Source of the DNA: Camelus dromedarius
Lineage: Eukaryota
NCBI RefSeq assembly: GCF_036321535.1
Contig: NC_087437.1
Coordinates: 121,522,001 to 121,586,000, forward strand
DNA: 64,000 bases
Reading direction: 5' to 3'
A program made the translations under genes and the position numbers. Below the pieces are notes generated by a model, which searched no databases, had not been told where the DNA came from, and saw only the letters and a list, made by a program, of their open reading frames with translations. Within the stretch, counting starts at the first letter, position 1; each line of letters begins with the position of its first letter. Shown here in pieces: positions 48,640 to 60,764 of the stretch.

Positions 48640-51600
48640 CGGTGCAGTGCGGCCGGACCCTCACACCTGGACCGGGGAGGGTGGGGCGTGGGGGGGGGCT
48701 GGCGTCGGGGCCCCGCCGGCATCTCTCCACGGTGGCATCTCCCCTTCTGAATTCTCCAGTGATTGCTTTCAATCTCAGTTTACATTTAGAAATTGAGTTC
48801 TACTGAGTAGGGCTTCCTGAAGTTTAGGAAAATAGAAATTACTTTGTGTGAAATTCTTGAATAATTAACTTATTCAGAACTAGGACCATGGTTTATAAAA
48901 TAAGGAGTAATTGGTCAGGTCACTCTTGCACCACATTATTTTCATTGCAAAACAGCATTTCAATGTGGAGGAGGCGAGGAAGCAGAGAGGGTAGGAACCT
49001 GAGGGAACCGTCCCACAGTGGCGCCAGGCCCCGCCCGCAGGCGCTGGCCGCGGCCCTCTCCCTCCCCCACCCCCGAGTCCCACAGCACAGCGGCTCCCGG
49101 CGGCCCTGCAGCCTTCAGCCTCCTCTAGAAGCTTCTGTGTCCCTCGTAGGGCCACATCGTGGGCAAAACAGGGCCAGTCGCCCTGGCCCTTCCTTCAGGC
49201 TTTTTAAACAGCGTTTACCTTTGCGGGACTAGAAGGAACCCCAGGGCGGTGGCACGGGGAGCAGCCCTCTGCATCTCCCTCTGAGTGCAGAGGGAGATGT
49301 GACCTTCGCCCCAGGATCGTCATGAGGGGACGAGTGAAGTGAGTGGACACTCATTCCTGGAAAAGCCACTGAAGCTGTGTTTTAGAGTATCCTTTCCAGC
49401 TTTGTGGAAGACGCGGGTGACGTGTCGGACGGATTCAGGCTGAGAGCAGGCCAGGCTGCACGCTGTGGTGAGGGTCCCACCAGGGCTGAGGTCGATGTCA
49501 CGGCAGGGACAGGTGCTGCTGGTGCCTGGGGCACCCAGGGCGCTGCCCAGCACCCCACAGCACCCGGCTGGCCCCAGGGTGGGCGGGGTCAGAGGTCGGG
49601 GCAGCGGTGCCCCCCCCCGCCCCGAGCTGGAAGACCCGCGCCCCTGCCAAGCTGCTTCCTCCCAGGACCTGGGCCTGGGCTCCTGCCCTTTGCCGACTCA
49701 GCCCCAATTCCCGGTTCTGGGGGTGGTGTCGTGGGTGCCGCAGGCAAAGAGAGGCAGATCCCTCCACAGCGAAGTCCAGGCACCAAGCTGTGTGCCCGGG
49801 TGTCCCATGCCCTCCATGGGCAGGAGGGAAATGACCGCTGTCGTTGTGCCCAGGCCCTGTGCACTCAGAGCGGGGCTGAGCCCAAGCGCTGTGCCTCTGG
49901 TGTCCCCGTGTCCCCCGCAGACTTGAGGTGGTGCACCCGTGGGCGGGAGCAGGGCAGGGTTCCCGCTGCCGGGGCGTCCAGGTTACAGGATGAGGGCCGC
50001 TCACGCCACCTGCCCCTCCTGCCCCTCACCCGGCAGGGGCTCGGGCCCTCAGCACCCAGGGCACCCAGTTTGGTTCCACCATGAAGGGAAAGGGGTCTGG
50101 CGCCCCCCGACTGCCCCGCCCCGTGGGCTCCCGTGCACTCAGAGAACACCTGTGGCCCCTGCATTTTCACTCTTGTCTCTGTAAATGGTATTTTTTCTAA
50201 TGGGGAGAGGGAGATGGACTTACTTTTTAAAAAATAAGGGGATTTTGGTCACAAAGTCCAGTGGAATGATGCTGCACACACGCGTGAATGTGCGGGGCGC
50301 CCGGCTTTTCCCTCTGACCTGAGCGTGGCCCCCTCCCCGCCCCCGGGGGATGAATGCCTCGCGGTCCTCGCGGTCCCCAGCTGTGTGCAGCTGCCTTCCC
50401 CAGGTCAGACTTGTGCCTTGTCCAGGACAGACCTGGCGAGGGCTCATGCCCCGAGAGCACCAGGCCCGGGAGGATGCTGGGGGCCGGGCGGCGCGGGTCG
50501 GGCTTGGGGTGGGGGATGCAGGCGGGCCCTGGGCTGGGCGGGAGGAAGCGACGCCTCAGACGGGGCAGCTGGAGCAGCTCCCCTGCGGGCAGGGAAGGGA
50601 AGGAAATGTCACCCCTCCGTGAGGCAAATCAGGGGACTCCGCCTTGACCCCACCCCCAGTGCTCGCCATGCACCCCGTATAGGACTGCCTGGGTGTTACT
50701 TTGTACCCAGGGTCCTTATTCTGGGTTTTAGAGGGAGCTTAGAGAATCTGACACAACCAAGAACTTGATCTCTTGAGAACAATCGAGTTTTGAGGACATT
50801 TTGACCAGCAGGGGTTGGGAGGGTTTCCGTCCTGCCTTGTTGGCTAAACCTGGGCTGTGAATCCTGCGGAGACACTGGCCGTCCTGCAGTGCCCGGGCGC
50901 CCTGGGCAGCCGACTGTGGGCAGGACGGCCCACGTTGGAGAGAAGTCTCGTTTTGTGACCCAGGCCAGGGCCCACCTGGGGGCCGAGTGGGGGCCGCTGT
51001 GCCCGCTTTCCTCAGCCCTCCCCCCGCCCGCCAGGGCCGGGCCCCCATCCCCCCAGGCAGGGACCCCCCCCCCCCACAGGCAGGGACACCGGAGCCCACG
51101 GCCACGACTCAGTCCTCGCTGGACCTTTCACCTTTGCCTGTCTCGGAGGCTTTTGTTACATCAGAAGCAATTATGTCTTAAAGAGTACACGCCAGATTCC
51201 CGCAAGGCATTAATTTCTGTGGAATTTATTTTATTTAAATAACCTTGTTGCTCTCCAGACGCTACAATCACGGCCTTCCTGGTGGTCTGACGCGGGCCTG
51301 GCCCGTCCCCTCGGGGCAGGCAGAGCGGGAGGAGCCAGGCAGCGCTGGGAGGGGGGCTGCCCGCCTGCCCTTTTCCTCCAAAAACAAACAAAAACAAAAA
51401 GAAGCATCTGGGTTTTTTCATTTCTAAAATAGTTTACACCAAAATACAAGGTCTCTCCCAACCATAAGCTTGATTGAGCGTGAGGAGTAAAATTAGCTCT
51501 AAATTCTGTGAAATTGGTGAATCTCTCAGAAGGTTTCTTTTTATCAAAAGGATACAGACGGGAAGGGCAGAGTGCTGCGATCACGTGTGTCCAGTTCTGT

Positions 51601-52120
51601 GTGTCCCTGTCCCCGGCGTGTCCCGTGACGGCCCCCTGGGCTCTGCGCACCCACGGCCTGGAGGGGGAGGGTCTGACTCGGTCCTGACTGAGCGCCTGTT
51701 CCCGGCAGCGTCTGCACCGCCCCGTCCGCTGTTTGCAGGAACGAGCCCTCAGCCCCAGGGATTCTCTCAGGGTGGGCTGGTGACTCGTCAGGGACCAGGG
51801 CCGTCCTTCCGGACACAGCCACCAACGGCCAGAGGCAGCCTGTGTGGGGGCTATCCATGGAGTCGGCCCCGAAAGCTGTTTGCTTCTCCAGACTTTGAGT
51901 CACATGCTTGTAATTCTGTTTCTGAATCCGGACACTGTATGAATGTAATTCAGCCAAGAGCCCTGTCCCCGAGGCGCCTCCCCATGTCCTCTGTGTGCGT
52001 GCTGACGTGACCACCTGCATGAGCTTCCTCCGTGCCGCGAGCGGCCAGAGCGAGCATGAGACGCTGTCACGGAGACAGGACCGGAGATGTTCTCAATAAA
52101 ACCATGTCTCACTGCTGCAG
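48640..52120 (+). other. ADARB1: ADARB1 3' UTR (end approximate)
   Basis: Follows the stop codon; AU-rich blocks are interspersed in GC-rich sequence; AATAAA at 52095-52100. Confidence 0.65.
52095..52100 (+). terminator. Candidate polyadenylation signal AATAAA (proximal)
   Basis: ctcAATAAAaccatgtctcactg followed by pyrimidine-rich sequence. Confidence 0.6.
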
Positions 52121-52722
52121 CCTGCCGACGTTCTCTCTCCTCCCCGCTCCTCCCCTCCTTGGTGCAGAGCGTAACCCAGGAAAGTGTGCGGAGGCGCCAG
52201 CCTCTTGTCCTGTCTTCGGTGTGTGGCTCCGAGCCCCTCCCTTGGGGACGGGCCCCCTACACCCCCAGCCACTCCCACGTGAGAGGTGGGGGCCGCCCCT
52301 GCTCCTGTCCTGTCTGCACGGAGGGGTGCTGGCAGCAGCCCCCAGGGCCAGAGGGACAAGAAACCGGGCAGCAGAGCTGGAACCAGACGGTCTGGGTGCC
52401 GGGTGGGCGGGGAGGCAGCCCAGCCGCCGGGTTACGAGGGAGAGCAGTTTGTTTGGGACCAGCACTGGAGGAGGATGTCCTCGGTGAAGCTGGCTGCAAG
52501 CATGTCCAGGTCCGTGGTAGTGAAGACACGCGGGCGCTCCAGTCAGCAGGTGCACGAGCACGCGGAGCAGTCTGGACGGGACCCCTCTGGTCGCCATGGG
52601 TGAAGGATGGGATTTCGGGCCATTTTAATTTTATTTCCCCTTTAAAAAAAAATGTCTTTCCTGAATATTTCTATAATTAAGTGAAAATAGGAAAATCTTT
52701 TGAAAAGTCAAAAACTCACTCA

Positions 52723-52728
52723 AATAAA
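52723..52728 (+). terminator. Candidate polyadenylation signal AATAAA (distal)
   Basis: caAATAAAaagcagc in an AT-rich block, with a U-rich tract at about 52770-52795. Confidence 0.45.
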
Positions 52729-55700
52729 AAGCAGCACTGCTACAGACAACGCACGTGCTCTCTGCATCAGTTTTGATTCCGTTTTCATTTCTTTTCCCAC
52801 AAAAAAAAGCTAGATTTAAGTGACAATATGTTGCATCACAAGACGGATTTGGCTGCAGAGCAGGGCTGGGAGCGGCGCCTCCCTCTCGAGTTCGTCCTCG
52901 GTGCCTCCCGCGCGCATCCCCCTGGGGAAAGGCGAGAGGACTCTTGTGGCACGGCCGGGGCCCGCGGAGCCTCTGGCAGGGAGGACAGGGCCGGACGGGG
53001 CAGCTGCCTGAGAAACCGTTAAATCAACAAGTGTTAACACCAGTTCCGATGAGCTGATCAGCGTCGTGATTAGCCATGTCTTTACGAAGGCGGCGTGAGC
53101 AGCCTGAGTGAGCCCGGCGCGTGGGGCGTGGCCGGCGCCACGGCCCCGGGTTCCAGGACTGAGGAGCCAGCAGGTGGGCCCGGCCATCCTGCAAAGTCGC
53201 CTCTTGTAAGTCCACAATTATGCCGAAAACGAGATCCTGACTCCTGGGGTCCGTCATCGGCCGCGTCCTCCCGGTGCCTGGAAAGCGGCGCAGGACGTGC
53301 CGATCACACTGGAGACACACCTGTTCCCTTGTGAGTGGCACAAAGTCGGGGACGTGTTCCTGTGGTTTCTGAAGACTGTCACCCATGTGACAGGAGCCCT
53401 CGCCCGAGCCAGACTGTGACAGCAGTCCCATTGCTTCCCCTGTTCTGGTCAGACCCTCAGGCCCGACGCAGTGCTGGCTCCGGAGGTGACGGCGGGCAGG
53501 AGCCCCCAGAAGAACTCCTGGGCCTGCAAGACTGCCGCGCGTTGTAGCACGTCGGTGAAGCGGGCGCCGCGGCCCTCGGACCCATCACACTGACCATAAA
53601 CACGTGCACGCGTGTGCGCGGGGCAGGGCACGCGGCTGAACACTCACTTGGCACCAAGTCCTCCGGAGCAGACCAGGGCCGTGCAAAGGCCCCGTGCTGT
53701 GAGCACCCCTTCCCCACCGTAGGCACGGGGCGACCAAGGACTCTGGTGACAGACCTGCTGCCCCACCCCCAGCTCGTCCGCCTGCCTCGCCATCCACACC
53801 AGCCACCTGGTGGCCGGACTTCATAAGGAGAAGATGACCTTGTGGGGAGAAAGGACATGCGAGGCGTGCAGCTGTTTGAAAATTAGAACAGTAGCGCGGA
53901 TGAGAGACCCCATCGGAGCGCGTTCTAACATTTAAGAACAGACAGTCCAAGAGTTTAAAAATGAACTTAGTAACATCCTAAAAGAGGTGAGGCAGGAGAA
54001 CCAAGCAGAATTTGAAGGCGTGAACACCACAGACGAGCTAAGCAATAGAATGAATGAGCAGCTGGAGGACCGGCGGGCGGGGGGGGGGGGGGCGGGAGTG
54101 GATAAAGGGAAAGAAAATGAAAGAAAGGCTGAAACACTTGGGTGCTGACATCTGGCTAATGGGGTGTCCATGTAGCCTGTCCCCCACCCAGGGCACTTAA
54201 GACGTGCGCACCAGAGCCACTGCAGATGGTGCTGTAAGTCTAGGACCTCCTCAAGAAACAAAAAACGAAGCTCCGTAAATGGAGGAACGGTCTGGACGAA
54301 ACAGCAGTGGCCAAGGGTAGCACATCGCTGGAACTGGTACAGAGGGATTTATCGTACTGCTCTCTCTGCAATGACCTGTTCAAACTTTTTCATAAGGAAT
54401 TTTCAGTGCTTAAGCATAGACTTAAAAATACCATGTACAGTGCTCTAAGTGATCATGGTTTTTTTTTTTTTTTACACAAAACAGGTAATGCACACACAAA
54501 AAAAGTTTAATGACGTGAATTTTCCAAGTTTAAAAAAATAAGAGAAATAGAAAGTTTTTAAGTCGCAATCATTGACTTCGAGTCATTTTACACGCATTTT
54601 CATGGAAATGAGAACTTGATGCGTCAGCTGCATTCTCTGGCCCCGCTCCCCCTGCCTGGTGTTCGTCCCCGACACGCAGCGCTCTGACGTGACTGGTGTT
54701 TACCTGTCCTCCCACGGAACGTAAACGTCGTAGGTCAGAGACATCCGCTTTTCACGGCTTTTCCCCACCCCGGGCGCAGCCCTGCCGCGCTGCAGACAGC
54801 TAACAAGTACGCGCTGATTTAATAAGAACAAGTTACTATTTAAAATGGGCACACAGTGCCTCAGAGCTTTGCCACAAAGAGACCTACTTTGGAAGTTTTG
54901 ATGAGATGCTTTTCAAGAACCCTTGCAAGAGGTTTATGACGTAAAAATTATCAGTATGTCAGCAAGTCTGTGGAAGTTCTAAAGAGCTGAACAAAAAGGG
55001 AAAGAACGCATGGCGCTGATAATCCAGAGTTTCAGGCCTGGGTTATGTCCACGTGGCAGAGGCTGGAATGAAGAGAAGGCTACGGGATGCGAGAATATGT
55101 TCAGGTCTTTGTCCTACTGGGGTGGAAGTAGAAGCATACATTATTTTTATGATGAACAGGTGTCAAAGATTTTACTTAACCTTAGTTAATGAGGGAACCA
55201 ATAAGATGTTAAACTGATCCATGAGAATTTGACTTCTTCTACCAGGTTAAATGCATTTGGCCTTTTATCTGCTTGTCTCAGACAGAACAGAGCAGAGCCA
55301 AAGTGGAACTCAGCAGCGGGGGGTGGTGTCTGACCCCGTGCGTGTGAGCGTCTCGGGGATGTTGAGCACCCCCGCTACGCCCTCCGCCAGCATTTGACTA
55401 AGTTACACAGTTTCACAAGTCTCCTTGCTTCTCTATTCATTTCTGATTTTACATCGATGAATGTTGTTAATGCTGCAAACACACGTTGCCGAGTGCCAGC
55501 CATCAGAATGGTTAGTTTTCAGCGATATAGAGCTTTCTTTTTCATTGAACACACAGGAAGCTTTGATTATGAGGCTTACCCGAACTAATGAGGAAGGGCT
55601 TTTTAAATTTTCTTTAAAATTCTCATTTACTCTTTAGCTTCTGGGAATAAAGTCCAGTACACACATATACACAAATCTTTTTTATCATTCTCCTCACTCA

Positions 55701-56802
55701 GTATATAACCTGCGCATTTACCTACATATTTCATTAAATTGTTGCAAATTAAGTTAGAAAAGCATCATGTAGACTCATTTTCTTGTAATGGGATATTATA
55801 AAGTATGTCAATTAATTATATTAAGTCTATATGTTTTAAATCATGACTTCATTGCCTTCAGTCATTTATAAGTTGTATCCTATCATTTTATTTCTCAGAA
55901 TTTTCTTTTTTAAAATCCCTGGGAAAACATGTTAACACTTTTATTTCAATTGGAAAAAGTGAGTCAGACCTTGTCTGACAGAAAATAAATCTAATTTGGC
56001 TCACTGGTTTGACAAGGAGGGTTAGGTTACATGGAGGACACTGACCATCAGTAGAGTGAAATAAATCTGCAACTCCGAGGTTTGATGAAAACAGATTTAA
56101 AATAATGGTACGATAAAAGTGTTTTATTGAAAAATGTCAAATGGATGAAAAAAATCAATGAAACGAACATTTCAATGCTCCCAACCCTCTCAGAATTTAT
56201 CAGGCCAAACAAGTTACTGCCAGGTGAGGGAGAATCATGGATACATGACAGTCCCTTGATAAGCTGAGATGAGGCCGCTCCAGTAAATGTCCCAGAAACT
56301 GAGAGTGAGAGGATGACAAGTCCTTTTACAGGTGAGTCGTTTCTAGTTCTTTGCTTTCGAAACATTTAAATGAAGCATAACTGAGCTGATAGTTGATGAG
56401 GCACTTCAGAAGAGTTTACAGTCTTTATCACGGATCACCTTGCGGCGCAGAGGCTGCTATGCAGAGACTCCGTGAGACGCCGAGGGACGCTACTGAAACG
56501 CGCCGCCTCATCTGTGCTCCACAGAGTGTCCTGGACTTGCGTCTCAAAGGGAGAGACTAGAAACGCAGCCAAGACGGAAGCAGGCTGCTCCCCATCCTTG
56601 CACGTGGGAGCCACCTAGTCAGAAGAACAGCTCTCCTCATCTTGTTAACAGATGCATTTTCACTAAAATTTTGCTTTTGTGTGCAATAGATACATATTTA
56701 TGTTGTTTGAATAATTGTGAATTTGAGTACTTGAAAAAATAACTTAATCCAGGAAATATTATTAACAATTAAAGCCTGTTGGCCACAAGAGAAATGAAAA
56801 GG

Positions 56803-59075
56803 AAGGATGGGTGAAGAAGAATAAAAGATGCTGGAAGGTGGGAAGTAGAATGTGGAGGATGGGTGGTGGAAGGTTGGCAGCGGATTGTGGAGAGTTGGTG
56901 AAGGATGGTTGAAGTGAGTGGTGGAAGATGGATGGTAGAAAGTGAAAGGAAATGGTAGAAGGTGGGAAGTGGATAATGGATGATGATGGTCACTGGTAAA
57001 TGGTTAAGAATGGTGGAAGATAGGTGGTGGATGGAATGTAACAGGTACATGGTGGATGGTGTGTGGTGGAAAGTGAATGGAAGATGGTTGATGGGGGATG
57101 GTGTAAGATAAATGGTGTTTGATGGATGGTGGATGGTGGATATTTGATGAAGAATGGTGGCAGGTGGATTCTGATGGTTGAAGGTGGAAAGTGCTAGATG
57201 GTGGAAGCTATGTGATGGATGGTGAAATGTGGGTTTTTGAAGGTGGAATGTGAACAATGCAAGGTTGAAAGTTGCAGGTGAGATGTGGAGGGCAGAGGGT
57301 TGAAAGTGGATGCTCAAGGAGAATGCTAGCAGGTGGACAGGAGATAATGGGTGGCATATAGGGAACGTTGAATGGTGGGTGGTGTACAGTGGGTAATGGT
57401 TGGTAAAACATGGGTGGTAGAAGGCGGATGGTGGGTGGTGGATGGAAGGTGAAAAATAAATGGTGGAGGGAGGAAGGTGAATGGTGGATGGTAGGCAATA
57501 GAAGGTGGGTGGTGGCAAGTGGAAGGTTGAAGGTGGATGGGGGATTGTGGATGGTGGACAGAGAAAGATGGTAGGTGGGTAGTAAAAATGGATGGGGTTA
57601 GTGATGGTGTAATAAGGGTGATATGGATGGTGGAGTGTAGGTGGTGGAAAATGAAAGATGGAGAATGGAATGAAAAAGGTGGATGTTAAATGGTGGAAGG
57701 TGGACAATAAAAGTGGAAAGAGGATGGTGGAAGGTGAAAAATAATAGGTGGTGATGGAAGGTTAAATGATAAATCATAGATGGTAGACGTTGAGTTGTGG
57801 ATGGTGGAATGTGTGTGGTGGATGTTGGTCAGTGGAAAGTTGAAGGAAAAAGTTAGATGGATTGTGACTGTGGATGGTGGAAGGTGGATGGCAATAGGTG
57901 AAGGATGGTGGATGAAGAATGGTGGAAGAAGGATAGTGGATAGGAGAATGTAAATATTGGAAAATAGTACATAGCACTGAAGTCTGGATAGTGAATGGTA
58001 GATGTTGGATGGTTGAAGAAAGATGGTGGAAGTTGGATGGTAAAAGGAGAATGCAGTTGGTGAACGGTGTAAGGTGGATGACATGGTGGAAGGTAGATAA
58101 TGGATGGTAGATGGTAGAAAGTTGATAGCGAAAGTTGGATGGTGGATGGTGGAGGATGGAGAAGGACTGGTGGATGATAGATAGAATATGGGTAATGAAA
58201 AGTGGATGGTGGAATATGGAAGGTGGATGGTGGATGTGGATATGTTGAAGGTAGAAAGCGAAAAGCGGGTGGAGGAATGTGGATGGTAGATGGTAGAATC
58301 TAGATAATGATAGGTGATGATGGGTGTTGAATGGTGGAAAGTAAAGAGTGGAAAATGGATGGTTGAGGTTAGGTTTTGGGTGGGTAGTAGAAGGCGGATG
58401 AGCCACTGGAGATAGTGGATGTGGATGGTGAATGGTGGAAGGTGGCTGCTGGCTGCTGGCTTTTGGGTAGTGCCTGGTGGGTGATAATTGATGAAATGAG
58501 GGTGGTGGAATGTAGAATGTTGAACGTGGAAGGTAGATGGTGGGTGGTAAGTGGTGGAAGGTAGAAAGTGGATTGTAGATGGTGGATAGTGGATGGTGAA
58601 GGTGGGTAGTGGATGGTAGATATGTAAGGTAGAATGTTGGTGGTGGAGGGTGGGTGATGGAAGGTAAATGGTGAAGCTGATAGTTAATGGTAGATTGTGG
58701 AAGGTGGAATCAGGTGGTGGATGATGGCTTTTGGATGGTGAATGATGATTGATGGTTGATAAACAATGGTGAAAAGTAAATGTGGATGGTGGTTGCAGGA
58801 GTGTGGAGAGTGGATGGTAGATAGTGGAAGTTAGGTGGATGGTCAAATGTAGGTGTTGGAAGATGGATGGTGGATGTGAATGGTGAAATGTAGAAATAGT
58901 ATGGTAGAAGGTGAAAACTTGAGGGTAGATGGTGGTTCATGGATTGTGCGTGGTGGAATGTGAGTGGTGGAAGATGAAATGCAGGTGGTAAAAGATGGAA
59001 GGTGGGAAGTGGAGGTTGAAGTTAGAAGGTGTACGTTAGATGGTGGGTCATGAAAGGCAGAAGGTAAAAGTAGAT
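56803..59075. repeat. About 2.3-kb degenerate (GGAT/GGT/GGAA)n low-complexity tract
   Basis: Continuous tggatggtggaagg-like units, almost no C on the + strand. Confidence 0.95.
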
Positions 59076-59079
59076 GACG

Positions 59080-59185
59080 TGGCTGCCTCTCTCACTCCCT
59101 CATCTTCAGAGATGGTCCACACTCTGTCTATGGAGTGTGTATCTACTTTTAATTTAACCTAAGCACTCAAACCACACACCTCATG
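59080..59185 (+). mobile_element. Possible ERV LTR fragment
   Basis: cttcagagatggtccacactctgtctatggagtgtgtatct resembles an artiodactyl ERV LTR motif as recalled. Confidence 0.35.
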
Positions 59186-60732
59186 GGGACAAGTCGAACA
59201 TACGGGGTCAAGGACAGGGACAGGTCAGGAGGGGACCTCCGGGGCTGGGCTGAGCGGGTGGACCTAGGCCATCTGCTGACAACAGGGTTCAGACGCAGGT
59301 GGGGCGTCTGAGGACGATCACCGGTCCCGGGTCCATGCTGCTCCTCGGAAACTGGTCACGTGCTCAGAGCAAGATTATTCCTGGCAGAGGGAGCTTCTGG
59401 GAGGAGACCTGGCGCAGCTGGCCTCACAAGTCCCCCATCGGCTCCACCAGGCCCTTGACGCCTCCAGGCTGTGCCCTGGCTGGGCCCTGGACAGACATGT
59501 CCCTGCCCCTTTGACCTCCCCCACTCCCACCCCGGGATCATCTGAGGATCCTTGTAATTCCTCCTGTTCCCAGCTTGGGCATCACCACCGGGACCAGTGA
59601 GGGTCAGACCAGCCGAGAACCTGGGAGTCAGGATCTGCGTTGTAGCAAGTTCTCCAGGGAACTCCTATGCCCCTTAGTGGGTGAAGAGCACTGGTGGTCA
59701 CTCCTACCCCGCCTTCAGTGCTCGGCTCAGGGCCACCTCCTCCAGGGAGCCCTCCCTAATATTCCCACCCACCCCAGTCTGCTGCAGGGACAGATGGAGA
59801 GCCGGGCAGGGCCCAGCAAGGAGTGTCCAGGCCACGCTCGTGGGCACCTCTGTCTGCGAGTCAGTCCCTTCCACGATGCGCACTTGCTGGAGGAAACTGC
59901 GTTCACCTCATGTCCCCACGGGGAGCCTCCCAGCAGCTTTGCTCAAGGGGCAAGTGCGTCACACTCGGGAATCCTCACCCAGCACCCCAGCCCCACCCCC
60001 CTGCCCGGGGAGTCCCTGCTGGGGGAGCAGCTGGGAGGTGAGACCGCAAGATTCAGGTCGGGCAACCACACGGAGTCCGGATAGACACGTCCGACTCCAC
60101 AGTCGGCTCCTCAGAGAAGCTGCTTTCCCGGGGGTCACCCTCCTGCTCCCGGAGACTCCCCAGGGCTCTCCTGCAGAGATGTCACTGCGGTTAAATCAGT
60201 GCCCAAGGGCAGCAGGGTCACTAGAAGGTTCTGAGTCTCCTCAGTCCTCTTCCAGACCCCGCAGCCACCCAACACAGCCCCGCCGTCCCCCTCCCCCGTC
60301 TCTGTGACGACCCCCTGTGCCAGCACCCAGGGCTCCACGCAGACCCCTGAGCGGCTCCCCCTCCCCGGCTCAGAGGACCCCACTCCCCTCCTCCCGCCAG
60401 GCCCTGGGTGGGGGTGGGGACAGCGTGCCTGTTGCAGCCCCTGGAGCCCCAGCCTCGGTCCCCGCTCCCTCCTGCCCCCGCCCGGGACACAGCCCTCACC
60501 CCACGTTCTCCATCTGCACGCCCTGCAGGAGGCTGTCTAGGAGGCATCTGGGCTGAGCCTCAGGGACCTCTTCCTTTCTGAATGTCGGATTTAGGACACA
60601 TGTATCTCTATGAAATTATATGCCCACAATTGTTTCTCTTTGATCACCTTTGTTTTATAACATTTTTAGGAATTTGCAACTCTCTCACATTTCTGAGGTC
60701 TATGAAACAACTAAAATTGTCTAGTATCTGCC

Positions 60733-60733
<1 letters not shown>

Positions 60734-60763
<30 letters not shown>
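60734..60763. repeat. (TG)n microsatellite
   Basis: Perfect tg run. Confidence 0.97.

Positions 60764-60764
<1 letters not shown>

Larger units (their letters stand above)
12533..52120 (+). other. ADARB1: ADARB1/ADAR2 gene span within the window (first coding exon to approximate proximal poly(A) site); upstream non-coding exons lie outside the window
   Basis: Nine exons with consistent splice phases give 28+941+115+169+149+169+182+179+180 = 2112 nt, a 703-aa protein (MDLEDEENM...EQDQFSLTP) matching ADAR2a. The 3' end is estimated from AATAAA at 52095. Confidence 0.97.

Noticed and set aside
56200..56340. Strong donor cag|gtgagt at 56331 as an exon of a downstream lncRNA
   Set aside because: An isolated splice motif with no supportable acceptor, ORF or transcript evidence.
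56769..58940. Long His/Pro/Ser/Thr-rich ORFs (312, 386, 210 aa) on the minus strand
   Set aside because: Translations of the low-complexity tract, not genes.
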